From Opitutia bacterium (lineage in GTDB: Bacteria > Verrucomicrobiota > Verrucomicrobiia > Opitutales > T3Sed10-336), in assembly GCA_050506795.1 (NCBI GenBank), contig JBJHCF010000004.1:64001-128000 (forward strand): DNA of 64,000 bases, in the 5' to 3' direction. This document shows positions 17,127 through 27,120 of this stretch, piece by piece (within the stretch, counting starts at the first letter, position 1; each line of letters opens with the position of its first letter). Both the position numbers and the translations under genes were made by a program. A model generated the notes under the pieces. That model was not told where the DNA came from, searched no databases, and saw only the letters and a list, made by a program, of their open reading frames with translations.

Positions 17127-17552
17127 ATGATCAGGCGGTTGCGTAAATGGTTTTCATTACCCATAAAAGAGCGGAGGGAGTTGCTTGAAGCCTTTTTCCT
17201 GTTGTGGCGGATCCGGCTCGGACTGTGGGTTTGTTCCTTTCGAAGGGTGCGGCGGTTTGTGAGGAACCAGCTTTGCCGGCCCCGCGATCGGAAGCCTGAA
17301 TATTCGTCGCGGCGGACCGGCCGTCATGTCGAACGCGCCGCCCGGTTCGTTTTTCGCGGAAGTTGTCTGACGCAGGCCCTTACCACCCAGATCATGCTTT
17401 CGCGGCGCGGACAACCGTCTGACCTCCGTTTCGGCGCCAAGAAGGTCGGCGAAAAGTTTGAGGCGCACGCCTGGGTCGAGATCAACGGCGAGGTGATCAT
17501 TGGCGAACCGGCGCCCGGGGAATTTTCGGATTTTCAGGAGCACACCGGTTGA
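17127..17552 (+). CDS. Lasso peptide B2-type transglutaminase-like peptidase
   Basis: SCLTQAL (Cys), FEAHAWVE (His), VIIGE. Confidence 0.85.
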   Translation: MIRRLRKWFSLPIKERRELLEAFFLLWRIRLGLWVCSFRRVRRFVRNQLCRPRDRKPEYSSRRTGRHVERAARFVFRGSCLTQALTTQIMLSRRGQPSDLRFGAKKVGEKFEAHAWVEINGEVIIGEPAPGEFSDFQEHTG

Positions 17553-17582
17553 TCGTCCGGTCGGCTTGCTTCCGGACCGCCT

Positions 17583-19166
17583 TCAGGGTTTGTCGGCCGG
17601 GAGGGAATCGCTTCCGGGCTTTGATTCTCCGCGGATTACGGTTTGGATCCGGCGCAGCATATCTTTCAGTTCGTAGGGCTTTTGCATGAAGTCGTCCGCC
17701 GCCCCTGTTATGAGCTTTTCCTGGTGATCGCGCTCGAGATAGCCGCTGGCCAGGATAATTTTCGCATTGGGGTTTGATCCTTTGATACGCTCGGCCACCT
17801 CTGCGCCGTCGATTCTTGGCAGGCCCAGATCGAGGAAAATCAAGGCGATCTCGTTTTTGTTTTCTTCGTAGACCGAAAGCGCTTCGGCCCCGTCCGAGGC
17901 GGTGATAACGTGATATCCCTTGCGGCGGAGACTCAGGCTTGTCATCTGGAGGATGTTGGGCTCGTCCTCGACGACCAGAATCGTTTCACCCCGACCGTCG
18001 ATTGAATCCTCGCGGGCATCGGTTCGAGGTTCTTCCGCCGCGGAGGTCTCTGAGACCGGGAAATAAAGATCGAAGCGAGTGCCCGCATTCGGTTTACTCC
18101 AGACCTCGATATGCCCGTGGTGGCTTTTCACTATGCCGTGAACCACGGCGAGACCCAGCCCGCTGCCGCTTCCGCGTTTTTTGGTGGTGAAGAACGGCTC
18201 GAAAATCGACCCGAGCACTTCCTCGGTCATTCCGGCGCCAGTGTCACTCACACACATCAGAACGTAGGGGGTGTTGCCCGGATTGGGGAAGGTGGCGGGG
18301 AGTTGATCGGCGGAGATCGATCTGGTGCTCAAGGTGATGGTGCCCGCCGAGTCCATGGCATCGCGGGCATTGAGGCAGAGGTTTATTAAGATCTGACCAA
18401 TCTGTGAGGAATCGCCCTGAATGTACGGCCCGGTCGGATCGAGTTCGACCTGGATTTCGACGGTTTTGGGCAGGGTTTCGCGAAGCATGCTTACGATGCT
18501 TTCGATGGCGTCGTTGAATTGGAGAGGTTTCAATGAAACGGGGTTTTTGCGGGCGAAGGTCAGGATCTGTTTCACCAGGTCGGAGGCGCGTTGGCCGGCG
18601 GTATCGATCTGGGTCAGATAACCCCTGGCGGGATGATCATCATCCATTGAGTCCGCGGCGAGCTCGCAGTAGCCGATAATGATCCCGATGAGATTGTTGA
18701 AATCATGTGCGATGCCTCCGGCCAGGGACCCCAGGCTTTCCATCTTCTGCGAATAATGCAGTTGATTCTCCAGCCGTTTTCGTTCGGTCACATCCCGGCC
18801 GATTCCAAAAATCGAGGAGTCCGGGGCGGTCTGTTCGTGGCCTGCGATGACAAACTCGCCGTTGACAAACCCCCCGTCCTTCCGTCGAACCCGCAATTCG
18901 AAGATGCCGCTGCTGTTTCCTTGAAGTGCCTGCCGGAACTTGTCCATGGCGAGGGGCAAATCGGACTCGTGGATCAAGGGCGGAAAGGGAAGGCCGATCC
19001 AATCATCAGTCGACCAGCCGGTTATCGTGGTGAACGCTTGGTTCAGCAGCGTTATCCGTCCCTCGGGATCAAGACGGAAAAACACATCGCGTGCGTTTTC
19101 CACCAACCGCCGGTAGTGATTTTCGGATTCTTGACCGCTGTGGAAAGCCGTGGGTTTCTCCTGCAT
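17583..19166 (-). CDS. PAS hybrid histidine kinase (CckA-like)
   Basis: PAS domain; [40 protein letters not shown]; receiver ILVVEDE...LDLGLP. Confidence 0.93.
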   Translation of the reverse strand: MQEKPTAFHSGQESENHYRRLVENARDVFFRLDPEGRITLLNQAFTTITGWSTDDWIGLPFPPLIHESDLPLAMDKFRQALQGNSSGIFELRVRRKDGGFVNGEFVIAGHEQTAPDSSIFGIGRDVTERKRLENQLHYSQKMESLGSLAGGIAHDFNNLIGIIIGYCELAADSMDDDHPARGYLTQIDTAGQRASDLVKQILTFARKNPVSLKPLQFNDAIESIVSMLRETLPKTVEIQVELDPTGPYIQGDSSQIGQILINLCLNARDAMDSAGTITLSTRSISADQLPATFPNPGNTPYVLMCVSDTGAGMTEEVLGSIFEPFFTTKKRGSGSGLGLAVVHGIVKSHHGHIEVWSKPNAGTRFDLYFPVSETSAAEEPRTDAREDSIDGRGETILVVEDEPNILQMTSLSLRRKGYHVITASDGAEALSVYEENKNEIALIFLDLGLPRIDGAEVAERIKGSNPNAKIILASGYLERDHQEKLITGAADDFMQKPYELKDMLRRIQTVIRGESKPGSDSLPADKP

Positions 19167-19328
19167 TTTCAATCCGGACAACTTGCGACGTTATGAATCC
19201 ATGTGGCTCGCCATCAGCATGTTTCGAGGACCAGGCGTCGCTTCGGTATCGGCTATCATCGGCGAGACTTTTTTTTTCTCAAGTAAATTTTTGCTTTTTG
19301 AAACCGCTGCTTTAACGTGGTTTTTGTT

Positions 19329-19778
19329 ATGCAGGATCTTGCGGATTTGTATCAGGCGGTTATTCTGGACCACAACCGCCGGCCCAGAAATTTCGTGGCG
19401 ATGGAAAGCCCGGATCGCGTCGCGGTGGGCGACAATCCCGTCTGCGGGGACCACTACACGGTGTTCCTGCGATTGGAGGGGGATCGTATTTCCGAGGTGT
19501 CTTTTCAGGGAGCCGGGTGCGCTATTTCCAAAGCTTCGGCTTCGGTCATGACTTCCCTGCTCAAAGGTAAAACCGCGGAGGAGGCGCGGGAAATTTACGA
19601 AAATTTTCATCGGATGGTCACCACCGGCGAGGTGGATCCGGAGAACCTCAGTGACCTTTCGGCATTTGCCGGAGTGCACCAGTTTCCCGCCCGTATCAAA
19701 TGTGCCACCCTGTCCTGGCATGCCGCTTTGAACGCCGTCGCCGACCCGGAAGGCGGCAAGGTGAGCACCGAGGAATAA
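19329..19778 (+). CDS. sufU: SUF system NifU-family protein SufU
   Basis: LYQAVILDH, NPVCGD, GCAISKASAS, RIKCATL. Confidence 0.93.
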   Translation: MQDLADLYQAVILDHNRRPRNFVAMESPDRVAVGDNPVCGDHYTVFLRLEGDRISEVSFQGAGCAISKASASVMTSLLKGKTAEEAREIYENFHRMVTTGEVDPENLSDLSAFAGVHQFPARIKCATLSWHAALNAVADPEGGKVSTEE

Positions 19779-19826
19779 TCCAGGATTCGATCCAGACGGA
19801 ACGGATCCGGTTTGAATCCCGACTTT

Positions 19827-21044
19827 ATGAGAGCAATCGAAACATTGCGTAAGGATTTTCCGATTCTGCATCAGCAGGTAAACGGATTTGATCTGGTGTA
19901 TTTTGACAATGCCGCGACGACTCAGAAACCAAGAGCGGTTCTGGATGTGTTGATGCACTATTACGAGCGCGACAACAGCAACGTGCATCGGGGCATTCAC
20001 ACCTTGAGTCATCGTGCCACCGTCTCCTACGAGGCCGCACGCGAACGCGTGGCCTCCTTCATCGGCGCCCGGACGGAGGAGGTGGTGTTTACCCGGGGAA
20101 CCACCGAAGGCATCAACCTGGTGGCCCGAGCCTGGGGCGATGCGAATCTGCGGGCGGGAGATCGAATCCTCCTCACCGAGATGGAGCATCACAGCAATCT
20201 GGTGCCCTGGCAGCTTCTGGCGGAGCGAACCGGTGCGGAGTTGACTTACCTGCCCATCACGGGCGATGAAGGTCTCTTGGATCTGGAGCGACTGGACGCC
20301 CTGCTTTCCGATGGGGTGAAACTGTTCGCATTCACCCATATTTCCAATGCGCTCGGGACCATCAATCCGGTGGCCGAGTTGTGCCGGCGCGCGCGAGAGA
20401 GGGGAGTCGTTACCTTGGTCGACGCCGCTCAGAGCGTCGGACACGCCCCCCTGGATGTGATGGATCTGGGGTGCGATTTCCTGGTTTTTTCGGGGCATAA
20501 AATGTGCGCCCCCACCGGGATAGGCGCGCTGTACGGTCGGCTTGACCTGCTCCAGTCGCTTCCGCCGTTCCACGGGGGCGGAGAAATGATTCTGACGGTG
20601 GATTGGCACCGGAGTGATTGGAAGCGGGCGCCTCATAAGTTTGAAGCCGGTACCCCCAATATCGCCGGCGCCATCGCTTTGGCGGCGGCCATGGAGTACC
20701 TGGACTCAATTGGTCGCGAAGCGATTTTCGCCCACGACAGGGAACTGGGCGCTTATGCCGCGGCGCGGCTGAGGGAGCTTCCGAATCTCCGTCTTTTGGG
20801 TCCCCGCGACGAGCGCTCGGGAATCGTCAGTTTTCACCTGAACGATATCCATTCCCATGACATCGTGAGTTTCGCCGATCACCGCGGAATTGCGCTGCGC
20901 GGGGGGCATCACTGTACGCAGCCCCTGATGCGGCGACTGGGTCTGGATTCGACCACCCGCGCGAGTTTTTACTTTTACAATACTCGCGAAGAGATTGACC
21001 GGTTTGTCGAAGTTCTCTCCGAGATCCAGAAATTTTTCGGCTAA
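19827..21044 (+). CDS. sufS: Cysteine desulfurase SufS
   Basis: YFDNAATTQKP, MEHHSN, SGHKM, EAGTP, RGGHHC. Confidence 0.95.
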   Translation: MRAIETLRKDFPILHQQVNGFDLVYFDNAATTQKPRAVLDVLMHYYERDNSNVHRGIHTLSHRATVSYEAARERVASFIGARTEEVVFTRGTTEGINLVARAWGDANLRAGDRILLTEMEHHSNLVPWQLLAERTGAELTYLPITGDEGLLDLERLDALLSDGVKLFAFTHISNALGTINPVAELCRRARERGVVTLVDAAQSVGHAPLDVMDLGCDFLVFSGHKMCAPTGIGALYGRLDLLQSLPPFHGGGEMILTVDWHRSDWKRAPHKFEAGTPNIAGAIALAAAMEYLDSIGREAIFAHDRELGAYAAARLRELPNLRLLGPRDERSGIVSFHLNDIHSHDIVSFADHRGIALRGGHHCTQPLMRRLGLDSTTRASFYFYNTREEIDRFVEVLSEIQKFFG

Positions 21045-21067
21045 GTTCGTCCCGGTTCATTGAGCGG

Positions 21068-23083
21068 TTACGCCGCCGGCAGACTCAGAGCAAAGGTGGC
21101 CCCCTTGTTCTGCCCGAGGCTATAGGCTCTTAGCGTCCCGCCGAGCTCCCGGGCCGCCAGCGCGCCGCTATGCAATCCGAATCCGTGTCCGTTTTTCTTC
21201 GTGGTGAATCCGTGGCTGAAGATGCGGGCCATGTTCTCCGAAACAATTCCGATTCCGGTATCGATCACTTGTATCTCCACCATATCACCCGCGGGTGCGA
21301 CACGGATAGTGATCTTTTTGTTATCGGTATCCGCTTCGTCGCAGGCGTCCTTTGCATTCCGCAAGAGGTTGATCAGGATCTGAAGCACCTTGTGCTTTTC
21401 GGTCGTGATGATCGGCTGGATACGATAATCGCGCTCCACATTCACGCCGTGCCGCGTGAAGGCGCCATCATTGATGCGCAATGCGTCCTCCAACAGGTCA
21501 ACCAGGTTTATTTCCTCCTTAACGGCGGAAACCGCGGCGTAACTTTGCTGCATGGCGACGATTTCCTTGATGTGGTCAATGTTTTTCCTGAGCGATTGAA
21601 CCTCCTCAAGCATGACGGTTCGCTCCTCGCTCAAGTGGCGCGACAGGACTTTGAGGTAGGAAGGGACTTCCTTTCCCCGGGAATCCTCGGTCAGGAAATA
21701 TGCAAGATTGCCATTCTGCTGGTTAACGAGCTCCGAAAGTTTGTTCAGGCTCGCGCAACGGGAACGTTCCAGCCGGTCGGTCAAAAGGGTGGTTGTGATG
21801 TTTACGCTGTTGAGAACGTTGCCCACGTTGTGCAGGACACTGGTGGCGACTTCCGCCATTCCAGCCTGGCGGGAGGCGTTCACCAGACGCCGGTGGGTGA
21901 GGTCCAGTTCCTCAATCGCCTTCTTCCGGTCCGTGATATCAATAACCGTGGTCAAATTCTGTGCGGATCCGTCCAGATAATATCTGCGGTGGGTATAAAA
22001 GTGAACCCACACGATATCGCCGTCGGGTTTGATGTAGCGCTTTTCGAGCGAGTAGTGGTCGATCTCGCCCGCATCCAATTTTTCCTGCAATCGGGACTGC
22101 TGAGGACGGTCCTCGGGGTGGGTCATATTCTTGAAAAGGTAGGATTCGTTTCGCTGGTCCGTAGACAGCCCGCAGATTTCCAGATGAGTCCTGTTGATGA
22201 ACCGTGAGGTGACGACTTTTCGGGTTCCGTCCCAGGTAATCAGCGATATACCGACCGGGACGTTGTCGAATATGAATTGGAGCGTGGAGCGTTCCTCCTC
22301 TGCTTCATCCTTGGCGGAGAGCAGGTCGGCGGTGCGTTCCTCCACCTTGCGTTCCAGATCGATGCGCGCCGCCAGAAGTTCGGCGTTTTGCGCTTCGATC
22401 CGTGACATCATGGCATTGAACGAATCGGTCAGCCGGCCGATTTCGTCTTCACTTTGCTTGGCGGCCCGCAGGGAGAAATCGTGATTCAGCGCCACCCGGC
22501 CAACGATTTGATCCAGGTGCGAGATTGGTCCGGAAATCAAACGTTGCAGACGTGATGCGATGACAAAAGTCAATAGGATGGATACGGCCATCACGGCGGT
22601 GACGATGATGGCGTAGCGCACCCATCGTTCTCGAATCTCCTGCAAGTCGGCCTGTAGAAATATGGTGCCGACGCTGTCACTCCCGAGATGAATGTCCTGG
22701 AAAATAGTCAGGCTTTCGCTGGTGAACTCCTCTGTTTCGGATCGGACCGGAGGCCATTCGGTTCGGTTCGAGCCATAGCGTTGGTAAGTCGCGAAAACGG
22801 CGCCATCGGCGTCGTAGATACAGGCAGAGATCACATGCGGATGAGCATTCAATGCCTCGAGGGTTTGCCGGGCGAACCCGGGGTCATCGAAGGTCAGGGC
22901 GGCCGTGCTGTTGAAGCCGATCATGCGGGCGGTCACCGACAGGTCCCGGATCATACCCTGACGCGTGTTGACCTGCTCGTAGGTGACAAATCCCGCGCTA
23001 GCCAGCAGAAGCGCGATTCCGCTGGTGACAAGAATAATCATCATCAGCTTGTGCCGGATCGGTATCGTTTTAATTGACGGCAT
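21068..23083 (-). CDS. Membrane sensor histidine kinase (YfiN-type periplasmic domain, HAMP, PAS)
   Basis: AALTFDD periplasmic motif, DEIGRL HAMP, PAS HPED, H-box LHNVGN, NLLRNA, GHGFGL. Confidence 0.9.
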   Translation of the reverse strand: MPSIKTIPIRHKLMMIILVTSGIALLLASAGFVTYEQVNTRQGMIRDLSVTARMIGFNSTAALTFDDPGFARQTLEALNAHPHVISACIYDADGAVFATYQRYGSNRTEWPPVRSETEEFTSESLTIFQDIHLGSDSVGTIFLQADLQEIRERWVRYAIIVTAVMAVSILLTFVIASRLQRLISGPISHLDQIVGRVALNHDFSLRAAKQSEDEIGRLTDSFNAMMSRIEAQNAELLAARIDLERKVEERTADLLSAKDEAEEERSTLQFIFDNVPVGISLITWDGTRKVVTSRFINRTHLEICGLSTDQRNESYLFKNMTHPEDRPQQSRLQEKLDAGEIDHYSLEKRYIKPDGDIVWVHFYTHRRYYLDGSAQNLTTVIDITDRKKAIEELDLTHRRLVNASRQAGMAEVATSVLHNVGNVLNSVNITTTLLTDRLERSRCASLNKLSELVNQQNGNLAYFLTEDSRGKEVPSYLKVLSRHLSEERTVMLEEVQSLRKNIDHIKEIVAMQQSYAAVSAVKEEINLVDLLEDALRINDGAFTRHGVNVERDYRIQPIITTEKHKVLQILINLLRNAKDACDEADTDNKKITIRVAPAGDMVEIQVIDTGIGIVSENMARIFSHGFTTKKNGHGFGLHSGALAARELGGTLRAYSLGQNKGATFALSLPAA

Positions 23084-23105
23084 CTTAGGGAATTGTTTCT
23101 CGCTT

Positions 23106-23693
23106 CTAGCGCGGAGTGAGCGCCAATTGCAGCAATTGTGTGCTGATCGTCAGGTTCGCGTCTCTTGCGGAATCGCGGTTCACAAAAAAGCGGACCCGGT
23201 CAGCGTGCAGAGTGAAGGTGATCACCCCTCCCATCCTCACGAACGCTTCGGATTCGCCCACGGTCAGGACTCCCTGTTGATGAATTTCGTTCAGATCACC
23301 GTCGATCAACAACTCGGCGCCCGCCGGAACAAACAGGAGGTGAGGTGTGCGTGAATCGGTAAAGGTGGGAACGAATTCGACTTTGAAACCGCGACCGCTG
23401 ACCTCCCTTCCGGCGAAGCTGTCCCGGAGTTCGTCGCCGAAAGGGTTGGTTCCGAGGACGTGAATCAGGATGGGACTGTCCTCGGTTTCGAAATATTCCG
23501 GCACCCATTCCACGAACCGGGTGAAGTTGTAAAGAAACGCCGCCTTGATTTGATATTCCCTGGAGACGGCTGGGGTGGAACCAGGCAGGTTTGTCACAAT
23601 CAACGGAGCAAGCATGAACAGTAACAAACCGCTGACCGCGGGCCGCGAAGCGAAGCGGAATGCCGGTGAACGCCTTGTGTTCTTAACGATCAT
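23106..23693 (-). CDS. yfiR: YfiR-family periplasmic protein
   Basis: EYQIKAAFLYNFTRFVEW, LTVGE, ISTQLLQLA. Start uncertain. Confidence 0.88.
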   Translation of the reverse strand: MIVKNTRRSPAFRFASRPAVSGLLLFMLAPLIVTNLPGSTPAVSREYQIKAAFLYNFTRFVEWVPEYFETEDSPILIHVLGTNPFGDELRDSFAGREVSGRGFKVEFVPTFTDSRTPHLLFVPAGAELLIDGDLNEIHQQGVLTVGESEAFVRMGGVITFTLHADRVRFFVNRDSARDANLTISTQLLQLALTPR

Positions 23694-23713
23694 TTCGATG
23701 AATGCGGATACGC

Positions 23714-23971
23714 TCAGAAGCATCAGACCATTTTCCCGTAGACGGAGGTGACGGTTTCCATCATCAACTCCTCCAGACTGAGATCGGCGAAGTCGCGGGC
23801 GCTCGTAGGGGTCAAGGCTTGGGTGGCGGCAGGGACAGTGAAAAGGATAAGCATTCCGGATACCAGCGAGCCGCTCGCGCGTAGGAAACGGCTGGTCGAT
23901 ACCTTTGTTTTTGAAGGGATTACTGCATGGTTATGCTCGGTCATTAGAGATGTTGTCAATGTGGGATTCAA
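23714..23971 (-). pseudogene. TonB-dependent receptor remnant with a large internal deletion
   Basis: Signal peptide plus DLSLEELMMETVTSV (TBDR N-terminus) joined in frame to YGKMV*CF* (resembling a TBDR terminal strand SVYGKxxWxF). Confidence 0.75.
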
Positions 23972-24085
23972 TTCGAGTTGGGTATCTATTTAAAGGGGTA
24001 ATCGGTTATCGCGGGCTGTTTTACGAAGCTTTTACCGGTTGGGTTTCGGCTTGAGCCGGTACCTGGATTGGGAAAGATTGGCGCC

Positions 24086-25240
24086 ATGGGCCACAGCACG
24101 TACGTAAGGGAGGGCGAGTATGAGGGGCGCGAACGCCGTCCGTCCGGATTCCGCGCGGGCCCGGCGGCGCGCTTGTTGCGGGTCAAGGGAGTTTTTCCCA
24201 TGCTAAAGGGTGAACTCCACAATCCGGTCATCGCCTACGAAACCTGGGGCGAGTTGAATGCGGCCCGGGACAATGGTGTTTTGCTGTTCACCGGTCTGTC
24301 TCCTTCGGCGCACGCCGCGTCCTCGGTGGACGATCCTCGTCCCGGCTGGTGGGAGGACATGATCGGCCCGGACAAGCCGATCGACACGCGGCGGTACTTT
24401 GTGATCTGCGTAAACTCTCTCGGGAGTTGTTTCGGTTCGACCGGTCCCGCCTCCGTCAATCCCAACACCGGGAACCCCTATCGTCTGTCGTTTCCGCGGT
24501 TGACCCTTGAGGACGTGGCCAACGCGGGTCTGGAGGTGGTCCGTTTCCTGCGGATCGAGAGGCTGTTCGCCACTGTCGGGGCTTCCATGGGAGGCATGAC
24601 GGCACTGGCCTTTTGCCTCCTGCACCCGGGGCTCTCCCGCGGTCTGGTGTGCATCTCTTCGGCCACCCACAGCCTCCCTTTCGCCATTGCCCTCCGTTCG
24701 TTGCAGCGCGAAGCGATTTGCTCCGATCCCGCCTGGCAGGGAGGCGCTTATCCTCTTGGGCGGGAGCCGGTCACCGGGATGCGCCTGGCGCGCAAGCTCG
24801 GCATGATCACCTACCGGTCGGCCGGCGAATGGGACGTGCGTTTCGGGCGCGAGCGTTCGCCCGAGTCGCGAGGCGGAGGAAGTCTCTTTCAGGGCGGATT
24901 CGAGGTTGAATCGTACCTGGAGGCGCACGCGGAGAGATTTATCGGTTCGTTCGATGCCAACTGCTACCTCTACCTGTCCCGGGCGGTGGACCTTTTCGAT
25001 GTGGCCGACCACGGGGGCACCGTGGAAAAAGGGTTGCGGAGAATCGTGCTGGAGCGGGCCCTGGTGGTGGGGGTGGAGAGTGATGTCTTGTTTCCCTTGC
25101 GACAGCAGGAAGCGTTGGCCGAAGGTCTGCGGACGGTGGGTTCTGACGTTCGATTAACGTGTTTGCCCTCGATTCAGGGCCACGACTCGTTTCTAATCGA
25201 CATGGAACGGTTTCGTCCGGTGGTGGGAGAGTTCTTCTGA
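24086..25240 (+). CDS. metX: MetX-family serine/homoserine O-acyltransferase
   Basis: YETWGELN, TGLSPSAH, GWWEDMIGP, GASMGGM, FDANCY, SDVLFP, GHDSFL. Confidence 0.9.
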   Translation: MGHSTYVREGEYEGRERRPSGFRAGPAARLLRVKGVFPMLKGELHNPVIAYETWGELNAARDNGVLLFTGLSPSAHAASSVDDPRPGWWEDMIGPDKPIDTRRYFVICVNSLGSCFGSTGPASVNPNTGNPYRLSFPRLTLEDVANAGLEVVRFLRIERLFATVGASMGGMTALAFCLLHPGLSRGLVCISSATHSLPFAIALRSLQREAICSDPAWQGGAYPLGREPVTGMRLARKLGMITYRSAGEWDVRFGRERSPESRGGGSLFQGGFEVESYLEAHAERFIGSFDANCYLYLSRAVDLFDVADHGGTVEKGLRRIVLERALVVGVESDVLFPLRQQEALAEGLRTVGSDVRLTCLPSIQGHDSFLIDMERFRPVVGEFF

Positions 25241-25308
25241 ATTCGCGCAGTATTTACCAACGGATGCGGAGTCCGTTCTGACGGACCTCGATATTTTTAC
25301 GTTAATAT

Positions 25309-26880
25309 ATGGAAAACAAGGACTGGACTCGTTGGCGGGTGGTGATCGGAGCGGTGCTCGTCATGTTAATTCTGGGAACGGTTTACGGATACAGCATATT
25401 CTGGCAGCCGTTGTCATCCGAGGTCTTCCCGGAGGTCATCACGGAGGCGGAATACGCGGCTTTGTCCGACGCGGAAGAGTCACGCCGCGGTTACCGGGTG
25501 GTGGCCGATGCGGCGGCCGCCGAGCGCGAGCGCGACCGTCAGCAAGCGTATCTGAAATACGCGTTTTCCATCTGTATTCTGTCCTTTGCCCTGGTTATGG
25601 TCTTCGCGGGTAGGCTCCAGGATTTAAAAGGGCCCCGCGTGCCGGCATTGATCGGGGCCTGTTTAATGGGTGGCGGGTTTATCCTGGCCGGATTTCTCGA
25701 TGCGCCGATCGTCTTCTACCTGGCCCATTCGGCGTTTGCTGGGGGGGTGGTGGTGGTATTGCTCATGGTGACGCATGCCTTTTCGCGCTCCAGTGGGGGG
25801 AGCGAGAGTCCGTTTGTGAAATACCTGCCCTTCGGCATTGTCACCGGAGTTGCGGTGGCGGCGGTGGTGCTCGCCGACGAATATGTGGGCGCCCTTGGAG
25901 AATGGGATCGGGTCTTTCTACTGTGGGGGACGGTAGGATTCCTTGCCGGCGCGGGAATCGGCTTCGCCTACGTTTGTCCGATCGCGGCCCTGGTGAAATG
26001 GTTTCCGAATCAAAAAGGTCTGATGAGCGGTATTGCCGTCGCCGGATTCGGAATGGGGGCGTTTCTTTTCAAGGGGGATCCGTACATTGTGAATACTGAA
26101 TGGTTTAGGATTCCCATCCCCGGAGCGCAGGGGTTCATGGAAATGTACGGAATCCGCAGCCTTTTTGTGGCGCATGGCCTCGTCTGTATGGCGGGAATCG
26201 GCATCGGCGCCATGTTGTTGAAAAATCCGCCGGGCGTCGCGCCGGCGCCGGGGGTGTCGGCCGAATCCTCCTGGCAGGAAACGCTGAAGCACCCGGCTTT
26301 CTATATTATGTGGCTGATGTTCTTCAGCGGCGCCCTGGCCGGATTGATGGTGATCGGAATCGTGCAACCGTTCGTGAGTGAGCGCATCGCCGCAGGCGGG
26401 ATTGAAGCCGCGGAGGCGGCGGCGATCGGCACGGCCGCCGTGGGATACCTGGCGATCTTTAACGCTTTGGGCCGTATTATCTGGGGACTGATTTCCGACC
26501 GGATCGGACGCACAACAACGTTTGTCGTGCTGTTCCTCGTGCAGGCGGGGGTCATGTTCCTGCTCGGGCATGTGAGCGGCGCTTTCGCGTTGTGTGCCGG
26601 CGCGGCGCTCGTGGGCTTCAATTTCGGCGGGTGCCTCGCTCTGTTTCCTCCGGCGACCTCCGATATTTTCGGCGCCAGGAATCTCGGGGCCAATTATGGC
26701 TGGCTGTTCACGTCCTACGGCTTTGCAGGGGTGTTCGGGATCGTGGCCGGCAACGCTGCGCGGTTGGCCACGGGGAGTTACACCGCGGCCTTTATGCTTG
26801 CTGGCGTGCTCTGCCTGATCTCCGCAGGCCTGACGTTGGTCCTGCGGGCCGTTACCAAACCGAAAAGTGGGGCCGGGTGA
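25309..26880 (+). CDS. MFS transporter, oxalate/formate antiporter (OFA) family
   Basis: GTVYGYS, KWFPNQKGL, NALGRIIWGLISDRIGR, GANYG. Confidence 0.88.
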   Translation: MENKDWTRWRVVIGAVLVMLILGTVYGYSIFWQPLSSEVFPEVITEAEYAALSDAEESRRGYRVVADAAAAERERDRQQAYLKYAFSICILSFALVMVFAGRLQDLKGPRVPALIGACLMGGGFILAGFLDAPIVFYLAHSAFAGGVVVVLLMVTHAFSRSSGGSESPFVKYLPFGIVTGVAVAAVVLADEYVGALGEWDRVFLLWGTVGFLAGAGIGFAYVCPIAALVKWFPNQKGLMSGIAVAGFGMGAFLFKGDPYIVNTEWFRIPIPGAQGFMEMYGIRSLFVAHGLVCMAGIGIGAMLLKNPPGVAPAPGVSAESSWQETLKHPAFYIMWLMFFSGALAGLMVIGIVQPFVSERIAAGGIEAAEAAAIGTAAVGYLAIFNALGRIIWGLISDRIGRTTTFVVLFLVQAGVMFLLGHVSGAFALCAGAALVGFNFGGCLALFPPATSDIFGARNLGANYGWLFTSYGFAGVFGIVAGNAARLATGSYTAAFMLAGVLCLISAGLTLVLRAVTKPKSGAG

Positions 26881-26884
26881 CGGA

Positions 26885-27001
26885 TTACTTTTTCTTTTTC
26901 CTGGAGGACGACGCAGCCAGGGCTTTTGCCGCGTCCTTGCGGCGTTCCTGGTAGGCCTTGCGGCGGCGACGTTTGATCTCCTTGTTGTACTGTTTTCCCA
27001 T
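26885..27001 (-). CDS. 38-aa highly basic small protein
   Basis: Below the track cut-off; MGKQYNKEIKRRRRKAYQERRKDAAKALAASSSRKKKK*, fitting between the MFS gene and pfk. Confidence 0.7.
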   Translation of the reverse strand: MGKQYNKEIKRRRRKAYQERRKDAAKALAASSSRKKKK

Positions 27002-27120
27002 AAGCGGGTCACTATCGGGAAGCATTTCGGCGATTGCAAGCCATGATTGGCGAAAGCCGCGGCCGGAATTTGAAAGTTGCCGTCGGAACTTCCTGTCTCC
27101 AGCATCGGCTCCAGAGACTT

